Of a stretch of DNA of 64,000 bases, positions 46,128 through 55,500 are shown piece by piece. Numbering within the stretch: the first letter of the stretch is position 1; the number at the start of each line of letters is the position of its first letter. The notes under the pieces were generated by a model that saw nothing but the letters and a program-made list of their open reading frames with translations, was not told where the DNA came from and did not search any database. The translations under genes were made by a program, and so were the position numbers. This DNA is from a virus, in the IMG/VR virus record IMGVR_UViG_3300030108_003057, positions 28,422 through 92,421 of that record; one strand, 5' to 3'.

Positions 46128-47399
46128 ATGGCTCTTAGCACAACTATGTTAGGTTCACATTATGGGGCGGGTAGCGAATTAGTTATTCTAAAGTCTCTTA
46201 AAAATGAACCATTAGTTATTGCCGGATATGCGTCTGTTGATGTGGTTGATAAACAAAATGATTTAATCACATTAGATGCATTAAAGGATGCATCGAGTAA
46301 ATTTATGAAAGGTGACTACAAAAATGTTATGATAACCCATTCAAATGTTCAAGTGGGTGAAGTTATTGATTCTTGGACAGATTCAAAGGGTAATGTATTA
46401 AAAACAAATGTTGATGATACCGGACTATTTGTAGTTATTAAGTTAAGAGATGATATAGAAAAGGCAAGAGAAGTAGGGCGTGAAATTCGTAGGGGGAATT
46501 TGCGCTCTTTTAGTATCGGGGGACAAGCACTTCACAAGTCCAACCGATATGACCCCGACATAGGAACGTATAAAGAAATAGATAAGTTGGAGTTACATGA
46601 AGTGACGATTTGTGAAGAAGGAATAAACCCCGAAGCGAAATTCGATATAGTAAAAGAATTAAAAAAGGAAGATGATAAAATGTCTGAAGAAATAGCAAAA
46701 GCATTAGAAGAATTTAATGAAGTTGTATCTGCTTTAAGAGAGCAGGTAGAAATTAGGAAAGATGATTCTCTAGAAGACATGAAAGAAGATGATATGGAAT
46801 CTATGGAAGTAGAGGACATGGCAATGGAAAACATGGAAGAAGATGAAGAGAATCTTATGTATAATAAGGCCGAAGACGATGATGAAGAAAACATGGACGA
46901 TGAGGAAATGAAGGCCGAATCTGTCGTTTATGGACATAACGAAACAGGACAGTCTGTTATTGAAGGCAAACTAACTGGTCGTTATACTGGAGACTTTAAG
47001 GACTTTATCGCAAGAAAGTCTGATTCAGTTTCTAGTCTAGATTTGACGGAAGAAACTCTAGCAAAGGCTTACGAGCAATTTAAGTTAGAGAAGGAAGAAG
47101 CAAGAACATATGATGTAATTAAGGAACAATTTGAAGCAATTTATGCTAACGAATTGGCAGCAGAACAGGCTGAAATTGAAAAGGCTAGTTACGATGCAGC
47201 ATCAGAAGTTGCTTCTTTGAAACAAGAGTTCGCAGAATTGCGTAAGTCTCTTGAAACAAATAACGAAGTTATTACTAAGCAGGTTGATGCTGCTGTAGCA
47301 GGACCACAACTTAGTGAAGAAATGGTTATTAAGATGCAGAATGTAGGAGAATTATCATGGGAAGAAGTTAACCAACTTTTCCATGATTTACAGGGGTGA
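46128..47399 (+). CDS. Prohead (HK97-type) protease fused to an acidic scaffold
   Basis: IAGYAS..VDKQND, ITHSNVQVG (His), RSFSIGG (Ser), LHEVTIC..GINPEA; acidic coiled-coil C-terminal half. Confidence 0.9.
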   Translation: MALSTTMLGSHYGAGSELVILKSLKNEPLVIAGYASVDVVDKQNDLITLDALKDASSKFMKGDYKNVMITHSNVQVGEVIDSWTDSKGNVLKTNVDDTGLFVVIKLRDDIEKAREVGREIRRGNLRSFSIGGQALHKSNRYDPDIGTYKEIDKLELHEVTICEEGINPEAKFDIVKELKKEDDKMSEEIAKALEEFNEVVSALREQVEIRKDDSLEDMKEDDMESMEVEDMAMENMEEDEENLMYNKAEDDDEENMDDEEMKAESVVYGHNETGQSVIEGKLTGRYTGDFKDFIARKSDSVSSLDLTEETLAKAYEQFKLEKEEARTYDVIKEQFEAIYANELAAEQAEIEKASYDAASEVASLKQEFAELRKSLETNNEVITKQVDAAVAGPQLSEEMVIKMQNVGELSWEEVNQLFHDLQG

Positions 47400-47404
47400 A
47401 TTAA

Positions 47405-48700
47405 ATGAGTGTAAATACAATTAGAACAATACAAGATTTAGAAAGAGCCACCTATGGCGGAGCAGGTTACGGTCTATTAAAGGCTGCTGGTGTAGAATCA
47501 GGAATTCATTCAGTTCACGATACTACTTTGGCATCTGCGGCTGCTGGTAGTGGTTTATATAACTTAATTTATGGACAAAAAGTTTGGTCAATGCTTAACC
47601 GCGAAATTAACGCATTAAGTGTTTTACCTAAGAAACCTTGGAGTTCCTCCGGTTGGCGTATTCTAAAAGAACGCGCTCTCGGTGGTGCTGGTGATGTTTT
47701 TAGTACAACAGGAGGAACCGGTCACGGTTCTTTAACAGAAGCAAATATTGGTGGTGTAGCAGAAAACGCATCATTTACTACAAGCGCAACAGATGGATTA
47801 AGTCCTCTAAAGCCAGTATATGATGTAATGTATGCAAGTCCAAAAACTGTCGCACATCAGTTTGAGATTTCTGAACTTGCTGCTGCTATGGCAAAGATTG
47901 ATGACGGTATAGGAGATATTATGGCTGCTTACCGTGAAGAAGTCGGTGTTTCTCACGCAGAAGTAATGAATCATATGGCTTTAATGCCATTAGAATCTCA
48001 TCTTAGTGGTGGTTCATCAATTAGCGGAATTGGAAATAACTTAACATCTTTGTATAAGATTGTTTCATCATTTAGTGAAATTGATGCTATGGACGGTGGA
48101 GTAATTCTAACCGGTACACAAACAAGTAACGCACAATTAATTAATTTGTATGGTCATGCAAGAGCATCTTCTGGTGCTGATTGGCTAAACGCATTTGTAG
48201 ATTTTGGGTCAAGTTATGCTGCCAGAAGGCCATTAACTTTGAATATCCTAAATACTACTCTACGTGAGTTACAGATTAGAGGCGGTTCTCCGAAAGTTAT
48301 TCTAACAGGGTATGATACAATTCAAGCCCTCGGTGAATTACTACAATCCCAAGAAAGATTCATGGGACGAACTGAAATTATGCCAAGTCATAACGGAGTT
48401 CGCGGAGTTAAAGGTAGAGAAGTTGGTTTTAAGGTTGCTACTTATCACGATATTCCTATTATTCCTTGTAAGGATATGGGAAGTACTGGTTCTGGAAGCG
48501 GTCTATCGGATATTTTTATCCTAGATACTGACCATCTTTTCCTATGTACTCTAAAACCTACTGAATACTTTGAAGGTGGAATTGATTCTGGCGACCCATT
48601 CGGTGTCGGAAAACTAGGAAACCGTGGAATGTATAGAACGATTGCTGAATTAGTTTGTACCTATTTCAAGGGACAAGGTAAAATCACAAACCTTTCGTGA
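47405..48700 (+). CDS. Major capsid protein (HK97 fold)
   Basis: Follows the protease-scaffold; 431 aa; PKTVAHQFEIS, GGSPKVILTG, YHDIPII, IFILDTDHL. Confidence 0.88.
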   Translation: MSVNTIRTIQDLERATYGGAGYGLLKAAGVESGIHSVHDTTLASAAAGSGLYNLIYGQKVWSMLNREINALSVLPKKPWSSSGWRILKERALGGAGDVFSTTGGTGHGSLTEANIGGVAENASFTTSATDGLSPLKPVYDVMYASPKTVAHQFEISELAAAMAKIDDGIGDIMAAYREEVGVSHAEVMNHMALMPLESHLSGGSSISGIGNNLTSLYKIVSSFSEIDAMDGGVILTGTQTSNAQLINLYGHARASSGADWLNAFVDFGSSYAARRPLTLNILNTTLRELQIRGGSPKVILTGYDTIQALGELLQSQERFMGRTEIMPSHNGVRGVKGREVGFKVATYHDIPIIPCKDMGSTGSGSGLSDIFILDTDHLFLCTLKPTEYFEGGIDSGDPFGVGKLGNRGMYRTIAELVCTYFKGQGKITNLS

Positions 48701-48712
48701 GTGTGATATAAA

Positions 48713-49078
48713 ATGACTCATACAGTAACACTGATTAGTGACCATTTAGGTTCTGATAAACCTAGAGTTGTAGGTAATGAATATGTTGTAGATGCTAGTA
48801 TTGATATTACTTCATATACTGCTAACGGAGAAACAATTACTGCCTCTAGTTTAGGTTTAAGTGAAATTTCTTGTGTAGTAGTATCTGGTATTTCAGTAGA
48901 TACTATTTCTGGTGGATATGCAGTATCTATGATTAGTGCAGAAGTAGCATCTGGAGCAGCCGATGGTGGTAAATACCAAACTGGTGCAAACAGAAATGAA
49001 TTTCAAATTCATGCTGCTGCTGCATCTAATACTGATAACATTGGTGAAATTAGAGTAAGAGTATGGGGATTAATTTAA
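48713..49078 (+). CDS. Putative capsid decoration/minor head protein
   Basis: Beta-rich 121 aa directly after the MCP (SYTANGE..TASSLGL). Confidence 0.55.
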   Translation: MTHTVTLISDHLGSDKPRVVGNEYVVDASIDITSYTANGETITASSLGLSEISCVVVSGISVDTISGGYAVSMISAEVASGAADGGKYQTGANRNEFQIHAAAASNTDNIGEIRVRVWGLI

Positions 49079-49088
49079 GGTGATTAAT

Positions 49089-49439
49089 ATGGTTCGAGTA
49101 CGATATGTAAAAGGATTTTGTCGAGTTTACGGCAGAGAATTTTATCCTAATGTTTGGACAGAAGTACCCGACGATTGGTTGCCTAGATTAAGTAACGATA
49201 CAGGTTGGGAAATTGAAGGTGAAACAACAGAAGAAACTACTGAAACAGTAGAAGAAACTGTTGAAGAAACTGTTGTGGTGGAGGAAGAAGAATCTTCTGA
49301 TGAAGCCCAACAGGAACCTTCTCTTTCTATGACTAAAAGTGAATTACAGTCTCTATGCGATGAACGCGGATTGGAATATTCTAAATTAGATACGAAATCA
49401 ACCTTACTAGGTTTATTATCGTCTGAAGAGGAAGAATAA
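49089..49439 (+). CDS. Acidic protein with a C-terminal HeH/SAP-like motif
   Basis: SMTKSELQSLCDERGLEYSKLDTKSTLLGLL. Confidence 0.65.
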   Translation: MVRVRYVKGFCRVYGREFYPNVWTEVPDDWLPRLSNDTGWEIEGETTEETTETVEETVEETVVVEEEESSDEAQQEPSLSMTKSELQSLCDERGLEYSKLDTKSTLLGLLSSEEEE

Positions 49440-49526
49440 TAACATTTATGTCTACTATCTGTAAGCCTACTTACATTAAGTTTATAAGTGGGTTTACAGG
49501 TAGTGGTAATTAAGTCGGTGGATAAT

Positions 49527-50123
49527 ATGGCAAGAACTAGAAGTATTAGATGTACTGGAAACACCAATGTAGTTAAGATTTTAAATAAATTCAATGATGC
49601 AAATAGGGGAACACATCAGAACCCTTGCACTTTTAGGGGAATTATAATCAATGTATTAAATGCAGGGTCTAACGGCCAAGGCGCATTTAAAATATATGAT
49701 AACAATATCGGTACAGGTTTTACTGTTCCGGCTGCTGTTGCTTTAGCGGCAACTGCTAATACAATTACACTAAGTAGCGGAACATGGGAAGATAAAGGAT
49801 TATTTATCGGTCAAAAAATTGCTACTTCAGGTGCTGATGAATCAGATAATGATATAGCATCTATGACTATTACTAATTTAACTTCAAATGTAATTACTGT
49901 TGATGAGGATTTAACAACTGATTCTTCTGATGCAGGATTAGTTATTGATAGTGCTGGCGGAGATAACGATGGTTTGATTGCTCAGTTTACAATTAATTAT
50001 GGTGCTGGTGGTAATACTGGATTAACATTAGTTCATGAAGTAGACGGTATTATGTGCCATAACGGTCTAAGAATTGAATCAGCATCATGGACTAATTTAG
50101 AGGTTTTCGTCCTAGTGGGGTGA
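49527..50123 (+). CDS. Putative virion structural protein (beta-rich)
   Basis: Start MARTRSIRC; TTTATAA upstream. Confidence 0.65.
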   Translation: MARTRSIRCTGNTNVVKILNKFNDANRGTHQNPCTFRGIIINVLNAGSNGQGAFKIYDNNIGTGFTVPAAVALAATANTITLSSGTWEDKGLFIGQKIATSGADESDNDIASMTITNLTSNVITVDEDLTTDSSDAGLVIDSAGGDNDGLIAQFTINYGAGGNTGLTLVHEVDGIMCHNGLRIESASWTNLEVFVLVG

Positions 50124-50130
50124 ACCTTTT

Positions 50131-53100
50131 TTGAGCGATAAAACTAATGTTGATAGAATACAAGGTTATGATGGTCTTAGCCAAAATGACGCGTACGATG
50201 AAGCGGTAGCAATAGAGGTATTAAGTAATTTTATTTTTCCTAAAACTGCCTATACTACAACAATAGATGACGAAGTAAACCCTAGCATTATTGTAGAAAA
50301 TACCACAACTATTAGTAATATAAGAGCAATAAAAAGAAACCTTTCTGGGTGGCTATTTTCTCATGATGAAGAATTAGAGCGACTAGGAGATATTAGAGGT
50401 TTTAATAGTAAATTATTTGATGAGATAAATAATAACTCATTTGAAAAATTATTAAATTTATCCATCAAAGACTACTTAGAAGGCATTGAAACATCTTCAT
50501 TATCATCTTTACTGGTTAATGGAGAAGACATTGAAGTAGATGAAAGATTAAAGGGTAAAGCGTTTTTAGAAGAACTAGAGAAAAAAATAGGAGATGGACA
50601 ATATCTTAATCCTAATATTACTTTAAGGGATATTAGAAATCAGACTCCAGACAGTAAATATTTTTATAAATTTGCTCCTACTGAAATAGACGACCCAATA
50701 GTACAAGAACTATTAGAAGAAATGAAAGAGGACGAAGAAACATTTGTTGAGCCTACTCCAAAAAGAGATAAATTTAAATCATTAGGTATAAACAAAGAAG
50801 AATTTATTAATAAATGGGGTTCGGTGATTAACCGTCCATCAGAAATAAAAGCATACATAGATTATACAAAAAAATATGTAGAAGATTATTTTGGTGGTAA
50901 AAAGGGATTTGAAAAATATAATCTAAATTTTGAAGAAACAGTTGGTGAATTTTTACAACAGTTACATAGGAGTATTATAGATGATAATATTCAGTTATAT
51001 AGGGTTACAGAAAAAGAACTACAAGAGAACCCTTTATTTTCAGAATTAACATTAGATGATTTAATAGCAAAGGCAGTAGCAATATCAATTACTAGAAGAC
51101 CACACGCAGAAGAAACGCTTATGGATTATAGATTATTATACGCTTTTACAGCAGACCCTGCCTATGATAAAGAAGTAAAAGAACCATTAGAAAAAATAAA
51201 GACTCAATTTAGACGTTTGTTAGATAATATTAGAGATTCTGAACAAGCAACAATAGAAGAACAACTAGAGGCTAGTACCGAAAAAGAACGAAAAGAATCA
51301 GCAAAATATTTTGCCGAATTACAGGAAGGTATGAGAGAAGATAAAGGTTTTCTTAATTGGAGTCCTTCGTTTGAGACAGATAAAGATGTAGATGATTTTT
51401 TACAAATGATAGAAGGTATAGAAATACATAATGCGAATGTGGAAAAATATAAATATAAAACTGATAAAGGTGAATTGAAAAAGGTTCCCGGACACAAAGA
51501 AATAGATAATATAATTTCAAGATACTTAGAAAAGGTAATCAATAAACTAAGTAGTCTATTAGGTGGTATTGAATTTCAAACAGTAGGCGTAGAGAAAAAA
51601 GAAGTAGATGATGACGAGTTTGCTATTAAAGTTATATCCGGAACTGCACCTATATCACAACAAAAATTAACCGAATTATTAGAAAAGAATAACAAAAATT
51701 TTGGAATGCTTACTGGTAATAAAAGTGAAGGGGAAGTAAAAACCGCGCTAAAAGATATTATAGCCGAAAAGGGTAAACAATCAGACATAAAAAAAATAAC
51801 GATTGCACCTACCTCCGATACCTTACTTAAATTAACATTTCAGTTAAAACCAATATTATTAGATTTAACCAAAGCATCTCCTATTCCCAGTAAAGCGAAA
51901 AGCGACATTAGTAATATTAAAGTAGGTGCAAATAAGTCTACCGTTTCCTCTAGATTTGAAGTTAAAGATTATAGAGGAACAGCCCCTAAAGATGATGAAA
52001 CTAAATTAACAGAACAACAAATATTTTCTGATAAGATAGATTTATCTGTAAATAGTCTAATAGACCTAGAAAATCAATTAGCAAAAATAGGAGTTTTAGC
52101 ATCTAATGACCCTACGGTAATATTAGATGAATCAGATATTCCACAATTAGTAGATACATTAAATGCTATTATAGATGATGAAGAAAACTTATCTGAGATG
52201 ACTGTTAATGATGAAAAATTACCCGATGCAATTTCTTCAATCGTAGAAACTTTAAGTGATGAAATAGATATAGAAATGTTAAAAGATACCATTAATAAAT
52301 TACTTAGAGTCGCTAACACCGTGTTAAGTGTATATGAAAATATAGAAGAACAAGAAAATAAAAATAATGAAGATGAAGAATTTGTATCTGATGAAGAGGG
52401 TAGTGGAATACAAGGTATAACACAGAATATACCAGAATATATGTTATCGGACCTTAAGCGCGAAACTGATAAAAGTAACCCCATGTCTTTAGCCTTTATA
52501 CAAAATGGTTTACAAGAGGAAGATTTACAAGAAGCAATACAAAATGATTTAGATGAAGAGATACAAGAATTAACTGAGTTAATTACATCTGCTAAGTTTC
52601 TTAAATTTGCATCTGATGAAGATGATTTACAAGCCAAATATACTCAATCTATACAAGAATTAGTTAATCAAGATGGTTTGCCTGCAAGTTCTCTTGTAAG
52701 AAATACACACAAAAATCTAAGTAGACTCCAAAGAACATTTAAGAAAAAATATAATGTTAGTCTTGATGATTATGATAGAGTATATGAATTTACAAAGAAT
52801 GTTAATTTATTAGCAATAATAAGAGATTTTATATTAAGAAATACTAAATATAGTATTACGAACATTAGTGATTTAAGTGTTAATATGGATATAACTTATG
52901 TAAAAAACTATGGTAAATCAGATGATTATATTAAGGTTGATGGAGTATTAGATTATACCAGTATTAAAAAATTAGAAACTACTGTTGGTTCATATGATTT
53001 TCAACCTAGAACAATAGGAATTAAACCAGTTTCAAGAAAATTTATACCAACACAACAAAACCTAATAAGACCTAGAGGTTCTCGAAAAGGTCAAATAGAA

Positions 53101-53184
53101 GATAAGTTTAAAGCAAAGATATATAATGAACTTTATGTTAATATAATAGAGTTAGAAGCCCTACTAGGGGAGGCCGACCAATGA
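50131..53184 (+). CDS. Very large acidic hypothetical protein (1017 aa)
   Basis: Long ORF, TTG start after GGTGA. Confidence 0.8.
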   Translation: MSDKTNVDRIQGYDGLSQNDAYDEAVAIEVLSNFIFPKTAYTTTIDDEVNPSIIVENTTTISNIRAIKRNLSGWLFSHDEELERLGDIRGFNSKLFDEINNNSFEKLLNLSIKDYLEGIETSSLSSLLVNGEDIEVDERLKGKAFLEELEKKIGDGQYLNPNITLRDIRNQTPDSKYFYKFAPTEIDDPIVQELLEEMKEDEETFVEPTPKRDKFKSLGINKEEFINKWGSVINRPSEIKAYIDYTKKYVEDYFGGKKGFEKYNLNFEETVGEFLQQLHRSIIDDNIQLYRVTEKELQENPLFSELTLDDLIAKAVAISITRRPHAEETLMDYRLLYAFTADPAYDKEVKEPLEKIKTQFRRLLDNIRDSEQATIEEQLEASTEKERKESAKYFAELQEGMREDKGFLNWSPSFETDKDVDDFLQMIEGIEIHNANVEKYKYKTDKGELKKVPGHKEIDNIISRYLEKVINKLSSLLGGIEFQTVGVEKKEVDDDEFAIKVISGTAPISQQKLTELLEKNNKNFGMLTGNKSEGEVKTALKDIIAEKGKQSDIKKITIAPTSDTLLKLTFQLKPILLDLTKASPIPSKAKSDISNIKVGANKSTVSSRFEVKDYRGTAPKDDETKLTEQQIFSDKIDLSVNSLIDLENQLAKIGVLASNDPTVILDESDIPQLVDTLNAIIDDEENLSEMTVNDEKLPDAISSIVETLSDEIDIEMLKDTINKLLRVANTVLSVYENIEEQENKNNEDEEFVSDEEGSGIQGITQNIPEYMLSDLKRETDKSNPMSLAFIQNGLQEEDLQEAIQNDLDEEIQELTELITSAKFLKFASDEDDLQAKYTQSIQELVNQDGLPASSLVRNTHKNLSRLQRTFKKKYNVSLDDYDRVYEFTKNVNLLAIIRDFILRNTKYSITNISDLSVNMDITYVKNYGKSDDYIKVDGVLDYTSIKKLETTVGSYDFQPRTIGIKPVSRKFIPTQQNLIRPRGSRKGQIEDKFKAKIYNELYVNIIELEALLGEADQ

Positions 53185-54275
53185 TTCATAGACCATCAGA
53201 TACTTCAATTAGTCAAGCAGACTATGCAAATGGTATAGGTTTCTATACAGATGTTACAAGAATTTCTAACTTACTTAGTATTCCTGAATTTGATGATTCT
53301 TCATATCCGACAGAAGGACATGTTGGGGAATTAATTAGATACGCAGAAGATTATATAGATGAATATACTAAAGATTCTTGGAGACCTATATTAGTAGAAA
53401 ATGAATATCATGATTTTGATTATGATTTTTTTAGAATGTTTCGTTCTTCTTCTATGTACTATAATAAATATACAGATTATGTAGGATTTGTTAGACTAAA
53501 CTCAGAAAATATTAGAAAAATAGTAAGATTGGCCGCTTGGAAAGGAAACGAGTGGGAAGAATTAGCAGGTGCTACTGCTTCTGTTACTATTTCAGATTTT
53601 AGTAATGCTACAAATATTACATTACAGTTGCCGAATAGTGGCACAACATTTACATTAACAGCAGGAACTTCTACGGCCCAATGGAATAAAAACTATGGTA
53701 ATAGAACGGCTGCATACGAACTTGCTTATTTAATTAATGAGCAACTACCTGTTATGACTAGTGGATTTACTGGGTCAAGCGGTAGAAAAAGTTTAACACA
53801 AGGTTCAGATTCAATTAGTGATTTCTTTTACGCATCAGTAGAACAAGATAATAAAGTTGTTATATCTTCTAAATTATTAGGGGATGATGGTAAAAATTGC
53901 ACTATTACAGTTTCAGGTTCTGGTTTATCTAAAGAAGATTTTGCAGATACGGAAGCAAGAGGTAGAGACGAAACGTGGTGGGATATTAGACATGATGGAA
54001 CTATATTCTTTAGAACTAATTATCCATATAATCAAAAACACTCAGTAAGAATTACATATATTACCGGTGCAGCGGCAGTTCCAGCAGTTATTACAGAAGC
54101 AGCAACTAAGATTGTTGCTTGTGAATTAATGGCAGAAGATGATTCAACTATGTTATTAGGAGAAAATGGTGCTGCTGGTTTAGATTTATCAGTTAAATTT
54201 GATAAATATAAAGAAGAAATAGATAAGATTCTAGGTATGAAAAAGAGATTACTATACTTTTTGGACAATGATTAA
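53181..54275 (+). CDS. Head-tail connector/adaptor (gp6/gp15-like) with an insertion
   Basis: LIRYAEDYIDEYT N-terminal helix; VRITYITG...VPAVITEAATKIVA C-terminal motif. Confidence 0.65.
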   Translation: MIHRPSDTSISQADYANGIGFYTDVTRISNLLSIPEFDDSSYPTEGHVGELIRYAEDYIDEYTKDSWRPILVENEYHDFDYDFFRMFRSSSMYYNKYTDYVGFVRLNSENIRKIVRLAAWKGNEWEELAGATASVTISDFSNATNITLQLPNSGTTFTLTAGTSTAQWNKNYGNRTAAYELAYLINEQLPVMTSGFTGSSGRKSLTQGSDSISDFFYASVEQDNKVVISSKLLGDDGKNCTITVSGSGLSKEDFADTEARGRDETWWDIRHDGTIFFRTNYPYNQKHSVRITYITGAAAVPAVITEAATKIVACELMAEDDSTMLLGENGAAGLDLSVKFDKYKEEIDKILGMKKRLLYFLDND

Positions 54276-54276
54276 T

Positions 54277-54978
54277 ATGTGGTATAATATAATTAAACAG
54301 GAGGAAAATTACTATTTACCACTTTCGGTATATGGTGATGAAATTAACGTTGCTATTAGTAATTATTCTATGGGTCTTTCCGACACATTAGATTTATTGG
54401 AAATAATTAGAAGTCCTGATGGTAAACGTAAATCAAAAAAAGCATTTGAAAAATTAGTTAGAACAATATTCTTAAAGATTTATTCAGAAATATTTAATGA
54501 TATGGATATGAATACAGTAATTGAAAAAGAAAAATTTTATGATATAGTTGAATCACGACTCGATAATATTTATATAAATAAAGAACAGGTAGACCCAAGA
54601 ACTGGTAAAATATATAATAAACGTATAGACCTTAGAAAATTTATTAGCACTGGCGGAATGAGGCAAAAATATGAAATTTATTATAAATATTCTAGAAGAA
54701 AACTACCCCTTCCTATAAGACAAATATTAGTACAAGAAGGTTATATTGAATCTGTTTTTGCTAGAGATTTAGCAGAAAATCAACAACCTTTTGGACCAAA
54801 GGAATCTCAAGACACCATGCAGCGTCGCGCCGCTGGTCTATACATACCATTTGAAAGGAGAGCAGATAATAGTTTTATTAAAAGACGAGATATTCCACCT
54901 ATTCGATACTTAAGTGAATTAGCACCTTTTATGCAAAAATCACCAGTACCTAGGGATAGAAGTAGAACTAGAATGTAA
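54277..54978 (+). CDS. Tagged (MWYNIIK) hypothetical protein
   Basis: ORF 54268..54978; tag start at 54277. Confidence 0.7.
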   Translation: MWYNIIKQEENYYLPLSVYGDEINVAISNYSMGLSDTLDLLEIIRSPDGKRKSKKAFEKLVRTIFLKIYSEIFNDMDMNTVIEKEKFYDIVESRLDNIYINKEQVDPRTGKIYNKRIDLRKFISTGGMRQKYEIYYKYSRRKLPLPIRQILVQEGYIESVFARDLAENQQPFGPKESQDTMQRRAAGLYIPFERRADNSFIKRRDIPPIRYLSELAPFMQKSPVPRDRSRTRM

Positions 54979-54985
54979 ATAGGTT

Positions 54986-55186
54986 GTGAATACTATGAAT
55001 GATAAATTAGATACATTAATAAAGAATATACCGGATATAAAGGAAATAATTATACAACAAAATCAAGATATAGAGGATATGAGTAAAGAACTACTAGGTG
55101 TTAAAATGTCTGATACTATTGTAAATAAAGTAATAGAACAAGAATTAACTAAGGAAGTTATTAAAAGAATAATGGAGGCTTTTTAA
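54986..55186 (+). CDS. Hypothetical protein
   Basis: 66-aa ORF. Confidence 0.55.
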   Translation: MNTMNDKLDTLIKNIPDIKEIIIQQNQDIEDMSKELLGVKMSDTIVNKVIEQELTKEVIKRIMEAF

Positions 55187-55500
55187 TGAGTTGGGATAAA
55201 ATATTAAAAAAGAAAAAGATAGAAGTTCCTAACTTTAAAAAGGCAATTAAGATAGCAGGAGATGCGTTTTCTGTCGATACAGTTCTTAATTTTACTGAGC
55301 CAGATGAAGATGTAAGAAAATTTATTAATTTAGCAAGACAAGCATATGCTAGTTTAACTAATAATGGACAACACGCAAATAAAACATTTGAGCCTCGTTC
55401 ATTTAGAGGTAGACTTAGATTTGTTATCAGTATATTATCAAATCATGGTTGGGAAGTAAAAGCACATCATAAAAATAGAATTATGGTTAAGGTGAAATAA
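55186..55500 (+). CDS. Tagged (MSWDKILK) basic protein
   Basis: GGAGG RBS; tag. Confidence 0.7.
   Translation: MSWDKILKKKKIEVPNFKKAIKIAGDAFSVDTVLNFTEPDEDVRKFINLARQAYASLTNNGQHANKTFEPRSFRGRLRFVISILSNHGWEVKAHHKNRIMVKVK

Noticed and set aside
279-55500. Tag Lys as the acceptor site for the viral Ubl
   Set aside because: Attractive link between the two systems, but nothing in the sequence supports it; the genes are in different arms and protease cleavage explains the Lys more simply
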